From Eremomyces bilateralis CBS 781.70 (lineage: Eukaryota), in NCBI GenBank assembly GCA_010015585.1, contig ML975156.1: DNA of 64,000 nucleotides. One strand, written 5' to 3'. Every line of letters starts with the position of its first letter. The stretch's first letter is position 1. Made by a program: the position numbers and the translations under genes. This document shows, piece after piece, positions 11,800-23,092 of this stretch. The notes beneath the pieces are model-generated. The model ran no database searches, was not told the origin of the DNA, and saw nothing but the letters and a program-made list of their open reading frames with translations.

Positions 11800-12361
11800 G
11801 ACACGATGTGAGATAGAGGAGTAAGAAAAGACTGTCGCGGCAGAGAGGAACGGCTGAGACTCGAGAGGGTCCAATATGACCGATAGAGAGAGAGCAGTTG
11901 ATACTTATCCTGATTCCATACGGACCGCCCTGTGGTTTGTTGACGTTGTGATACTCTCGCGTGCGATGTCTGGCTCTCGCCAGCGTGGCACAAACCTATG
12001 TTTCTCGCTCGACGGTCCTTGGTTAGCTTAACGTGGGGTTAGGACCTTGAACATCTACGGTATGCTGTGCGAAGTTGGGAATCCTTTCACTTATAAGTGT
12101 TAGTGGGAAGTTCATCAGATGTCTGCAACGTGACGGTTCTGATACAAGACAGTGCCAGCCAATTTCTACGGCATATGATTGGCTAAGGCCGTACCACCAA
12201 AAGTTGGGCGACAAAACCACAACCAGCCGCCACCGTTGATGACATTTGACATTTGATATTCCGTACTCCATCTTCAGTTCTTCACATCACGAATCCTACG
12301 AATCCCCGACATCCCACCATAAGGAAGCTCGACCTCTCAACCTCCTCCAATCACCCCAACC

Positions 12362-13480
12362 ATGCCCCCCCAAATCAAACAAGACCTCAACCGCTCCGGC
12401 TGGGAAACCACCGACTTCCCCTCCGTTTGCGAGAACTGCCTCCCCGACAACCCCTACGTCCAGATGCTCAAAGAAGACTACGGCGCCGAATGCAAGCTCT
12501 GCACGCGCCCCTTCACAGTCTTCCGCTGGAAAGCCGATCGCACCGCCCGCCAGAAGCGCACCGCCATCTGCCTGACGTGCGCGCGCCTGAAGAACTGCTG
12601 CCAGACGTGCATGCTCGACCTGTCATTCGGGCTGCCGATCGTGATTCGCGATGCCGCGCTGAAGATGGTGGCGCCGGGGCCGAACAGTGGGGTTAATCGG
12701 GAGTATTATGCGCAGGAGCATGAGAAGGAGATCGAGGAGGGGAGAGGCGCGGTGGAGGCGTATGAGAAGACGGATGAGAAGGCGCGGGAATTGTTGAGGC
12801 GGTTGGCAAATAGTGAGCCATTTTATAAGAAGCAGAGGAGAGAGGAGTTAGAGGCGGAGGAGGAGGGGAGCGGAGGGATGAAAGCCCTACCGGCGCCAGG
12901 CAGTTCAGGAGAGTCGCGAACACCCGGACCGATTCGAACACGGGACTCGAAAGCGATGGTAAGCGGCCGAGCAGCCGGAAGAGGCGGAGCCACACGCCCA
13001 TCCGCCACGAAACCCATCGCCCCCTCTGACATCCTCCCCCCCTCCGACCCTAACGTAACTTCCCTCTTCCTTACCGGCATTGAAGACGACCTCCCGGAGC
13101 ACGCCATCCGCGCCTTCTTCTCGACCTTCGGGACGCTGCGCTCTCTTGTCTGCTCGCACCGGTCGCACTGCGCATTCGTCAACTACGTGAAGCGTGAGTC
13201 CGCCGAAGGGGCAGCGGAGGCGTGTCAGGGGAAGGCGGTCATCAAGGGCGTGCCGTTGAGGGTGCGGTGGGGGAAGCCCAAGCCGTTGGATACGTTGGAT
13301 CGGGATGAGCGGTTGGCGAATGCGAGGGATGGGAGGGCCGTGGCGGGGCCGTCGAGGGGGAAGGGAAGGATGCTTACGGAAGGAGAGAAGGGTGCGGAGG
13401 AGTTGGATGATTTGGCTGCGGTTGCGCCGCCGCCGGGGGGTGAAGATGCGGTGCAGTATGCGAGCTTGGCTGGGGAGTGA
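12362..13480 (+). CDS. SLT11: Pre-mRNA splicing factor Slt11/Ecm2 (RBM22 family)
   Basis: WETTDFPSVCENCL, CKLCTRPFTVFRW, CARLKNCCQTCMLDLSFGLP and a C-terminal RRM (CAFVNY, LRVRWGKP). Intronless. Confidence 0.95.
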   Translation: MPPQIKQDLNRSGWETTDFPSVCENCLPDNPYVQMLKEDYGAECKLCTRPFTVFRWKADRTARQKRTAICLTCARLKNCCQTCMLDLSFGLPIVIRDAALKMVAPGPNSGVNREYYAQEHEKEIEEGRGAVEAYEKTDEKARELLRRLANSEPFYKKQRREELEAEEEGSGGMKALPAPGSSGESRTPGPIRTRDSKAMVSGRAAGRGGATRPSATKPIAPSDILPPSDPNVTSLFLTGIEDDLPEHAIRAFFSTFGTLRSLVCSHRSHCAFVNYVKRESAEGAAEACQGKAVIKGVPLRVRWGKPKPLDTLDRDERLANARDGRAVAGPSRGKGRMLTEGEKGAEELDDLAAVAPPPGGEDAVQYASLAGE

Positions 13481-13574
13481 CGGATCATTCTCTTAGAGAT
13501 GTCACATTGCATGGGAAGGCGTTCAGCGACGTTCATTTATCACGGGAAAAGCATTACGGCGCAGGACAGATGGG

Positions 13575-14028
13575 TCAGGATCTAAATGCTTTGGTATTCG
13601 TCGGGTGGCTCTTCTTCTTGCCCGCCAACTTTATCGACTCGTTATCCCCTCGCTCGGTACGCTCATGTATCCGGAGTTCTAAAATGCTTCATCAGACCAA
13701 ATCAATTACAACGATTTGACATGTTCACACGTACTGTATCGCTCCGCCTCGCCATCCATCGCTTTTCCTTGCACCAAGTTCTCCATCAGGAACTTCGACA
13801 CCGCTTCGGCGTGCACGATGTTGTTGACCGCTTCTTCGCTGTCGGGTTTGAGAGCGCGACTCGATTCAAAGCCATCGCGTGCGGCTTTTCGAGCGGCTGT
13901 GAGGCGATATGCATCTCCTGTGGTTGGTAAGGTTAGTGCTACGGGTTGGGTGTAGTTCGGGGGTGATGCGGACCTTCGAAGGCGATTCGGGCGGCGCGGA
14001 GGAGGTGGCGGTACGCTGCGAGGGCCAT
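13575..14028 (-). CDS. MZM1: Mitochondrial LYR-motif protein Mzm1 (LYRM7)
   Basis: Not in the ORF track. Assembled from three exons: MALAAYRHLLRAARIAFEG / DAYRLTAARKAARDGF...FLMENLVQG / KLRIHERTERGDNESIK...*, with canonical GT-AG introns. Confidence 0.88.
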
Positions 14029-14159
14029 TGTATCTAGGATCCGAACGAGAAATCGCAAGATTGATTAAATTAAGATGTGATCATAGTCCCACGACAATTG
14101 AATGGCCGGAGGTTGTCCAATTGTCATTGATGGATGGAATAATTCGGGTTTCGTTACAT

Positions 14160-14169
14160 ATCACGTGAT
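14160..14169. promoter_or_regulatory. Palindromic E-box ATCACGTGAT in the MZM1/ZUO1 divergent promoter
   Basis: Perfect 10-bp palindrome containing RTCACGTG (bHLH site) in the 235-bp gap between the two start codons. Confidence 0.45.
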
Positions 14170-14263
14170 TGCTGTCCGCCCTGTTCCCCCCAAAAAAATT
14201 CCAACCTTCCAACCTCAACAGACTTTTCCACCATAGTTACAAACCGGCAAAAACGTTGCCAAA

Positions 14264-15648
14264 ATGCCTCACACCTTCACTCTCCCCTCCCTTCCTGAAG
14301 GTTGGTCCGCCGACAAAAACTTCAAGGCCATCGGATCCCTCTCGAAGCCGTCGCAGCGGATCATCGAGCCCGTTGGACCGCACTTCCTCGCCCACGCGCG
14401 CAGGAAGCGACATAAGCGCACCTTCTCCGAAGATGAGCGCATCCAGGCGCAGAATAACGTCAAGAAGACCGAGGATGATGATGAGGGAGATATCAGCGAG
14501 CCGGAAGATCCGGTGATGTTGCAGCGGGATGCAAAGGACTGGAAGGTACGATCACATTCGCAAGGCATTCAGGTGACCGGTAGCAGAGCTAACATGACGA
14601 TTAGGGTCAAGATCACTACGCCGTCCTTGGCCTCTCCAAATATCGCTGGCGTGCAACCGAGGAGCAGGTTCGCAAAGCCCACCGGAAGAAGGTCCTCAAG
14701 CACCACCCGGACAAGAAGGCCGCCGCCGGCGGTTCCGAGGACGACTCCTTCTTCAAGTGCATCCAAAAGGCCACCGAAATCCTCCTCGACCCCACCAAAC
14801 GCCGTCAATGGGACTCCGTGGACGAGGCCGCTGACGTGGAGCCGCCCACGAAGAAGGAGACGCAAAAAGGCAACTTCTACCGCCTATGGGGCCGCGTCTT
14901 CGATGCGGAGGGACGCTTCTCCCGCAACCAGCCAGTGCCGAAACTCGGGGACGAAAACAGCACGAAACCCGAAGTGGAGGACTTCTACAACTTCTGGTAC
15001 ACCTTCGACAGCTGGCGCACGTTCGAGTACCAAGACGAAGACGTGCCGGACGACAACGAGAACCGTGACCAGAAGCGTCACGTGGAGCGGAAGAACGCGA
15101 ACGCGCGCAAGAAGAAGAAGACGGAGGATACCGCGCGGCTGCGGCACCTGGTGGACGACGCGCTGGCGCTGGACGAGCGGATCAAGAAGTTCAAGCAGGC
15201 GGAGCACGCGCAGCGGAACAAGAAGCGACTGGAGCGTGAGGCGGAGGAGAAGCGGGTGGCGGAGGAGGCAGTGAAGGCGAAGGAGGCGGCGGCGCGAGCG
15301 GCGGTGGAGAAGGCGGAGGCGGAGAAGGCGGGCAAGGCGGAGACGAAGAAGGCGAAGGAAGCGGCTAAGAACGCGGCGAAGAAGAATAAGCGTGTGGTGC
15401 GGGGTGCAGTGAAGGAGGCGAACTACTTCGCGGGTGCGGGCGACGCGCCGGCGAAGCAGGTGGAGGCGGTGTTGAATGAGGTGGATCTGATCATCACGAA
15501 GATCGACAATGAGGAGCTGGCGGGGTTGAAGGCGAAGCTGGATGGGAAGACGAAGGCGGAGGAGATTAAGGGGATCTTTGCGGAGGAGGTGAAGAGGTTG
15601 GTTGGGGCTGGGACGCTGAAGGAAGGAGAGGCCAAGGTATTGGCGTGA
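14264..15648 (+). CDS. ZUO1: Zuotin (ribosome-associated J-domain co-chaperone)
   Basis: EPVGPHFLAHARR, RDAKDWK, intron 14546-14604, QDHYAVLGL, KHHPDKK, FYNFWYTFDSWRTFEY and a charged coiled coil. Confidence 0.97.
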
Positions 15649-16387
15649 TGTTGCTATCCATAGATTCGATTACTCAACAGGAGGGTATACACAAGCACAA
15701 TTAGCAATAGAGGTTCGTGGTATTGTCTCTTCATATTCGTCACCATCGTGGTATTCGACTTGGCATCCATATCAAACCATCCCACCCCCGTCCAGGCCAG
15801 CAACAACCCAGCAATCGAGTCCCAATATTAGCATCAAGACAAGGAAGCTTATCCCCAAGGTAGCACTGGGCATCAGATCCAAGATATTTTCCATGGTCTG
15901 GAGCCCACAGAGAGCGAGCCAAGAAGCATGGCGGCGTCTTATTCTCAGCCAAGACTGCATGGCAAGAAATCTTGAATGATCAGACGATGAATGACTCCAG
16001 TCTACAAGTCTACAACGTGTATCCACGTCCTTCCATCCTTCACCTCTCATCAGCATTTATGGAATACTTTCTTTTCTAAATCGACTTGGACTGCTTGATT
16101 TTGCTTCCTCCCGGTTAAACCGTTTGGATCTCGAAATCCTACTAGTACATCGCACCATATTACACCGTCTATATTCTCCCAATTGCTGCGCCACAGCGGT
16201 GCCCACACCCCCCACCTTCGGATCTCCCCTCTCCCTCCAAACCGAAAGTCGCGATACTCCAGGAATCCCATCCCAGCGGCCAGTGGCATCGACCTCCCCA
16301 ATCCATATCCCTAATCCTCCCTCATCCCCCCTCCTCTAATCCCGTCCGTCACCCCGTCCCTGCGCACCGTCTCCCTCTCACCACCAC

Positions 16388-17925
16388 ATGGCCCCATCCC
16401 CCCCACCTACCTCCTCCCCCTCTCCCCGCACCCATCCCACCGACCCCGTATCCAATGACCCAGCCCACCCCTCCGATCCCCATTCTTCCGGCGCTGCGCC
16501 GCCCGCCGTAGGTGCCGTCGGCCCGACCGCAGGGGCGTCAAGGCGAGAGAAGAAGACATTCGTGCCGGCGTTCAAATTGTCTACTGAGGAGGATGATACC
16601 GGGCTGCGGAGACCTAGTGTGCAGTTTATGCCGCAGGATGATGGGGGGGCGCCGACGGTGAGGAATAAACCGCCGTCGGTGAGAAGGAGAATGAGCTCGC
16701 CGCCACCTCCGCCGTAAGTTCGACTTCACCTGAAGTGTGATGATATCAACCTTTCTATTTTTCAAGCCTTTCTTTCATGTGAAATGTTGCAGGAGTCACG
16801 CGATTAAGGTTACTTGATGGGAAATATCTCTGGATTATTATCGCGATTGACTACTACTTGGATAGCCTTGTCCTATCAAAATGTCCAGACTAACATCTCC
16901 AACTCCCAGCCTATTCGAGCCTCGCGTATCGTTTGATACATTCGAAAGAGTTGGGGAACTCACGTCATTTTCATTGATCAAGAAACACAAGGACTACGCA
17001 TACACCAAACTTTCTCGGACGTTCTTATGCGGTATCGACTCGAACGATTACTCCGAGTATGCACTCGAGTGGCTGATCGATGAGCTCGTCGACGATGGAG
17101 ACGAAGTCGTCTGCCTCCGTGTCCTAGAAAAAGACTCCGATCTCGCCACGCCGGTCAGCGTGAAGCAGAAACAGTATCGCGAGGAAGCGGAGCAACTCAT
17201 GGCCAAAATCCAGCATAAAAACGCGGAGAACAAAGCTATCAACCTCATCCTCGAGTTTGCCGCTGGCAAAGTCCAAGACGTCATCGGAGACATGGCACGT
17301 ATTCCCCATGCCCTGCCTTCCCCTCCGCTAACCGTCCCAGATCAAACTCTACGAGCCCGCCATCCTCATAGTCGGCACCCGCGGCCGCTCCCTCGGCGGC
17401 ATCCAAGGCCTCCTCCCCGGATCCATCTCCAAATACTGCCTCCAACACTCCCCCGTCCCCGTCATCGTCGTCCGTCCGAACTCAAAGCGCGCCAAGAACA
17501 AGCAGAAGCGCCTCCATGACCCCAGCCGGCAATCGTACCGCGACCTCGTCTACAAATCAGGGGACGGCTCCTACACGGGGGCGTCGCGGGATCCGTCGCT
17601 GGCGCCGCAGTCGTCGACCGATATTTCGGCACCGGCGGCCGGCTCGGAGAATGAGCCGCCGGCAGTGGCAGAGGCGAAGGGCCCGGTTGAGAGGGAGAGC
17701 TCCAGGACGAGTCCGTTGGCGAACATGGAGAGCGTGGAGCCGGAGGCAACGGACACAATCAATCCAGAGAGCGAGACGAATCCGGAGGAGAGTAGGAGAT
17801 TGATGACAAGTCCAGTGATGGAGGATGCCAAGAGGATGGCATCGAGTGATAGCGAATTTCAGGAGGAGGAGGGCCCCGTCGCGAAGATGGCGAAGCGGTT
17901 GGCTGCGACATCGACAAGCGACTGA
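16388..17925 (+). CDS. Universal stress protein (USP) domain protein
   Basis: RTFLCGIDSNDYSEYALEWLIDELVDDGDEVVCLRV and LIVGTRGRSLGGIQGLLPGSISKYCLQHSPVPVIVVRP. Introns 16714-16909 and 17295-17340 (GC-AG). Confidence 0.9.
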
Positions 17926-18467
17926 GAATACGAAGCACAGGAGACGCCAGGAGAGAAAGGGGTCATGGCGGAGGGAGAAGTATCGAGGGGAATGGGTGGA
18001 CGACTGGTTGATCACCTATAAGATTACAGCGCAGGTGAAATAGGGTTGGAATAATGTCTCTTGGACGATAATATCCCCCAGGCTGGCTTCATTTATATTA
18101 TGCTTAATGACGGAGTCGGGAAACGTTCATGGTATCACAATATCACAATACTTAGAGAGGGTGAGACTGGGAATTTAAGAGACAAGATGGCACTGCAAGG
18201 GTCAAGTTTCAGCGAGTCATGTAACACTTGGCGCTGTGACGACGTCAACCCAAGGGATTCCGATCCAACTTTCATCCACTACATCAACTCCAATATTACT
18301 CAACCAAAGTAACATCTCCCTCTAATAAATGCCGAGCGCCTGCGATTGCTTCAATGTATTGCAGTAGCACCGCCACCCTCAATCCCGATTAGCAAACCTC
18401 CCTCCGTCTCATACCTACCTACGAAAGTCGGTACCACCAAGCAATCCCCCGTCGCATCCCTCCCCCT

Positions 18468-20117
18468 ATGTCCTCATCCGACAACGATTGCGATGATTGC
18501 ACACCCGAATACCTGCGGGCCCCGACCCTCCTCCGCTCCTCAACCCTCATCTCCTTTGCCCCGTTCATCCTCACCTTCCTCCTCGTCTTCCTCGTCGCCC
18601 TGAGCAAGCTCTTTCCTCGCCTCTCCGGCTCCGCGACCTCTTCAACCCCTTCGAGCCGCCGCAGCCATGAGCAAGGCCCTCTACATACCCGAGATGGGCC
18701 AGCGGGACGCACGGGGTGGACGTTCCAGGTGCCGCGGTTGTCGAAAGACAGGATTGCAGCGGTGACATTCTCCGCAAGCTTTGCGCTGTCGATGGTGTTG
18801 ATCGAGCTTATACTCTGCGAGATCTCGGGCGCCCTTGACCCTAGAGCTCGGGCAATTTCTCTGCGGATATCGATCCCAGCGCTGTTATTCCTCCTTCTAG
18901 TGGCTGCGCCGGCCCTAGAAATCCACTCCGTCCTCTCTGCGGCGGGTTGGGGCATCAATGGCACTTCCAGTGGAGACTCCTCTCGAACAGCATGGATCTT
19001 CGAATGCCTAGGCCTTGCGATGTGGCTCTTCGGCTTCTGGTACTTTGGTACCGCCATGCTGAACATGTACCGGAGCGGGAACGGCACCCATTCCGACAAA
19101 AACAATGGCTTCATTGCCGCACTGCTCTCTCGCATCGGTATTTTTGGCATCTCCATGATGGCCTGCCTCGCCGGTTTTGCGGCCATCAGTGCCCTGTGGC
19201 AGACATTCGGAGTGAAACCCGCCTCCGTGAGCGAATCGGACGTATCACGAAAACAAGCCGGACTGAACGCCACCTCCGAGCTCCTTGCGGCCAAGGAATC
19301 TCGCCTCCGCGCCCTCACCCGCAAGATCTCCGAATCCCCCTCGGAAGGCATCTTCTCCCGCCTAGTCGGCGCCATCCGCGCCTCCCCCGACACTCAAGAA
19401 CTCCGCCTCCTCCGCCTCGAGATCTCCGGCCTCGAAGCCACCCGCTACTCCCTCAGCGACCAGCTCCTCGCCCTCCAGACCCGGCGCACCGTCCAACTCC
19501 GCGCCCACACCCCCCTCGGCCGCCTCCTCCACGCCTTCTCCTTCCTCTTCGCCCTCTACTGCGCCTACCGCATCCTCACCACCTCCCTCTCCTCCCTCCA
19601 CCGCGCCGTCTCCCCCTCCTCCGCTGCCGCCACCTCCGCCACCGACCCCGTCACCCAGATCCTCACCCTCCTCGCCAAGCTCTGGGATCCCTCCCTCGAC
19701 CGCGCCACCTGGAGCCGCCAGCTCTCCTTCCTCCTCTCCGGTGGCATGCTCTTCGCGTCCTTCAACAGTGCCCTACAGACCTTCCTGCTCCTCGCGCGCG
19801 CCTTCCCGTCGCTCGTACGCCTAATCCGCGTGAACTTCGCGCTGCTACTCGGGCAGATCTGCGGGACCTACGTCATTTCGTCCGCGCTGTTGCTGCGGGG
19901 GCATTTGCCGAAGGAGGTAGGCGGGGTGGTGGCGGAGATTCTCGGGGCGCCGCTGGAGCCGAAGATGGGGGAGGCGTGGTTTGATGGGTGGTTTTTGGTG
20001 GCATGTGGAGTGACGGGGTTGGGGATTTGGGTTGGGAGGCGGGTGGTGGGGGACTGGGATGGGGGAGATGATGGAGGGGGGTGGGGGGTGGATTTGGAAA
20101 TTGGGAAGATGAGCTAG
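18468..20117 (+). CDS. GPR89/Golgi pH regulator (ABA-GPCR-like) membrane protein
   Basis: Multiple TM segments, LIELILCEI, RIGIFGISMMACLAGFAAIS, ATDPVT, WSRQLSFLLSG and QICGTYVISSALLLR. Intronless. Confidence 0.85.
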   Translation: MSSSDNDCDDCTPEYLRAPTLLRSSTLISFAPFILTFLLVFLVALSKLFPRLSGSATSSTPSSRRSHEQGPLHTRDGPAGRTGWTFQVPRLSKDRIAAVTFSASFALSMVLIELILCEISGALDPRARAISLRISIPALLFLLLVAAPALEIHSVLSAAGWGINGTSSGDSSRTAWIFECLGLAMWLFGFWYFGTAMLNMYRSGNGTHSDKNNGFIAALLSRIGIFGISMMACLAGFAAISALWQTFGVKPASVSESDVSRKQAGLNATSELLAAKESRLRALTRKISESPSEGIFSRLVGAIRASPDTQELRLLRLEISGLEATRYSLSDQLLALQTRRTVQLRAHTPLGRLLHAFSFLFALYCAYRILTTSLSSLHRAVSPSSAAATSATDPVTQILTLLAKLWDPSLDRATWSRQLSFLLSGGMLFASFNSALQTFLLLARAFPSLVRLIRVNFALLLGQICGTYVISSALLLRGHLPKEVGGVVAEILGAPLEPKMGEAWFDGWFLVACGVTGLGIWVGRRVVGDWDGGDDGGGWGVDLEIGKMS

Positions 20118-21156
20118 GTTCTGGTTTAATAGTTGGGAGGGTATGCTGTATATCAAGTATATTCGGAATATCTAGCTGCTCTCGATGATTAAGTGGCATA
20201 CACATCTGGCCCAATGACATCTTGATCCTGTTTTGAAGCCTTAATAGGCAATATCGCTTTTTCACGTTATACATCATCATTCATGTTTTACCTCAGTCCA
20301 TGTATTCCGTTGGCGCACGCGAGAAGTCATCTTTTGAAACATTCGGTTCTGGACTCCTGTGTCATGGTCGCCGTCCCACAGTCAAGTCGAACTCTTCCGT
20401 ATCACCTTATACATTTTCACACTGCCGTTCCGAAATCATATTTTCTATGACAATTTACGATGCAAAGCCCGTTCCAGTCACCATGGGTACTTTAGTGCTT
20501 CGTTTCGTTGTGCATGCCGTATAAATCTTGTGCCGTTTTCATGGTCCATGCCGACGCCGCTCGAGACGCTAGAAATGTTACCGGTTGTTTGATTCCACAT
20601 TTCAATAAGGTTCTTTTGCATTGGCCTCTGCTCACTTTGCAGCACCAAAGAATGTCTGAGCAACACTATAAGTAGCGGAGCGAGGAGCACAGCCGGACCG
20701 ACGTGAACCTTTATCGCGTCCGAAGTCATTTCGCACAAATCCTCGAAGCATCAACTCTACCAATCCGCAGCTACTAGACCATCCCGAAGTAACGCCCTTG
20801 GTTGGTCCCATGGCTATGATGACGATTTGATGAGGGGCCATGGGAGAACCCCCCGGCTTCGCTCTGCAACTTGCGATGCGAAGACTGTGAGCGAACCCAT
20901 CAATAGTTACAGGAAACATATTTCAAATGTAGCCTAGCCGAATATGTCCTTGGTCTATGGTCCATGTGAATGCTCCTGAAGGTTAATCTACATGGACCTG
21001 CTATCACCACCAACACCGAAGCATTCCCGTGCGTCCACTTGATAATGAGACATTAGTGGTGCTCTCGACGACTAGAAGTTCGTCTAGCCTAAACTGTTAT
21101 ACAGATATTCTAGATTGAAAGACGGGTCAAGAAGGGAAATGGCTTGATATTGCTAT

Positions 21157-22106
21157 CTAACTTGAAGCAGTAACTTGAGACATGTTTATAATACCGGTCC
21201 CATTAGCAATCCCAAGGTATTGAACCATGTTGACTGCCTTCATCAAATCATTGAGTAAACCCTTGTCTTGCTGTTGTTGCCCAATCCAATTGTTCTTCGC
21301 GTCTTCTAATTGAGACATATACAGCCGAGCCTTAACATAATCTCCCATCGTGAGGTTGTGCTCCTTACCAACCGATTTCAATGTGCCTTCTGCATCTTGT
21401 TGGAGGGTCTCCAAAGGAGCACCTAAGAGGATTAGCAATGCGAAAGGCTCAACAAGGTGGGACTAACCTGAATTTGCGTTGATTAAGAACGCCATTGACA
21501 ATCTTTCTTGGTCGACCGGGAGATGGTCGAAGTTGATCTTGTGTAATGTAGACTTCAACGTCCCGCTCCAGAACGACATGGCGTCCCCGACATTGACGAC
21601 GACACCCCCTGAAATTAGGGGCACTTCCATCCACCGGTTAGAGGGTGTCTCAACCTCAATGCCGCCTGATTGTGGCCACACGAAGGTCAAAGAGCCCCAC
21701 TCTGTATGAGTATAAAGCATTGGGAAATTCTTGTCGGGTCGTTCGTTTAACGTCGGGTAATGGAGCATCCTAACACTTCTCCAGGGCCATGATCAAGTTT
21801 GTGTGCGTCTAAGAAATAGTTGGCTGGCAACCCGAACTGTCGAGCAAAGAGCTGTAGCAGTTTGGAGCCGAGTTTATGGCAGACTTTTTTGAAAGCCTCG
21901 ATTTCCGAACGCATCGACGGTGTCCAGAAGGAGGATATGTTTTCGCCTCTAACTATATCACCTCGTACGCCACCGAAGACCATGCCTTCATTCACTCCGA
22001 CCCTGAAGTATTTCAATATTCTCTCCAAGACAACCGGGAAAGGGAATGCTATACTTGGACTCCTTGAGATCGTATCCCACTTGACGTCCATCCAGCTTGC
22101 ACTCAT
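21157..22106 (-). pseudogene. 2-oxoglutarate/Fe(II) dioxygenase (IPNS-like) relic
   Basis: FARQFGLPANYFLDAH, a 1-nt frameshift near 21770, MLHYP, HTEWGSLTF (HxD changed to HxE), VVNVGDAMSFWS, KSTLHK and RLS. Intron near 21424-21468. No 5' end found. Confidence 0.75.
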
Positions 22107-22247
22107 TCTTCACTGACACCGGCTGTTTGCAAACGCCTCTGTGCTACGTATTTCCATCAGCCTATGAAATCTCCACATGTATCATTAGACGCACCAGTTT
22201 GAACATCCGAGCAACCCGTTCCTCGGGGCTGTGGCTACAAACACTCA

Positions 22248-23092
22248 GTGCTGTCACTGGCGGTTACACCACACTTGCAGCCAAACATCCCGGATTTTTC
22301 TCGATTCAGCAGGACAACCCAGTCTCAGTGGTGGCAGTTCCCGATTGTTCCATTCTTCAAGACCTTGACCTTCATCTTCAGCATTGTTTGTGCTGGAGCT
22401 TCGAAGAATCTTCTCGGCAAATATATCTGGGACCCGATCACATTGATCGAACTCTGGGGAACGAGCGCTGGCGGCCGATTCCTGGTCTTTCTCTGCTCGA
22501 CGATCTGGCTGATTTGCCAGATCAGTACCAACGTCTCGTCCAACTGCCTCATTTTTGCGAATGACCTTACCACCTTGTTTCCGAAGTTCTTCAACATCAA
22601 ACGAGGCGTTATCTTCGCTTCCGTTGTCGGATCGTGGGCCTTGGTCCCATGGAAAGTAATTGCAAGTGCTAAAACATTGCTCAGCTTCATGTTGGGTGGG
22701 TTATGCGATCTTCCTAGGACCGGAAGGCCGCTATAGGTACAACAAGGTATGTCGGTTTGCCAATTCGATCTGGGATCCCACTGACAAGATCCCAGTATGG
22801 CACCAACTGGCGAAGCCTGACAATCATTGTAACCATTGTTACTCCACTTCTTCCAGGACTGGCCCAGGCATTGAGCCCTGAAACGGTTCATATCAATATA
22901 GGGTTGACGCATCTGTCCTCATTTGGATGGCTATTTGGGTTCGCGACATCTGCTGTCACATATTACGTCCTGATGCGCGTCTTTCCGGCACGTGGAACCA
23001 TGGTGCCTAACACTGTGCTCCTGATAGGAGGAGTGCGAGTCTGGGTCAGATCGAGACTACGATGCAGTCCACGAGGCTGTCAAAGTGGGTAA
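22248..23092 (+). pseudogene. NCS1 nucleobase/allantoin permease relic
   Basis: NIPDFSRF, IWDPITLI, QISTNVSSN, ANDLTTLFPKFFNIKRG, VPWKVIASA, GYAIFLGP and NWRS..PGL, spread over three frames. The N-terminal half is missing. Confidence 0.75.

Noticed and set aside
16737..16800. GTGATGA (box C-like) and a possible 16-nt micro-exon in USP intron 1
   Set aside because: No downstream CTGA box D. The micro-exon would break the frame and has a weak donor.
20632..20919. Short ORF with IVIIAMGPT, vaguely P-loop-like
   Set aside because: No GK[ST] and no further GTPase motifs.
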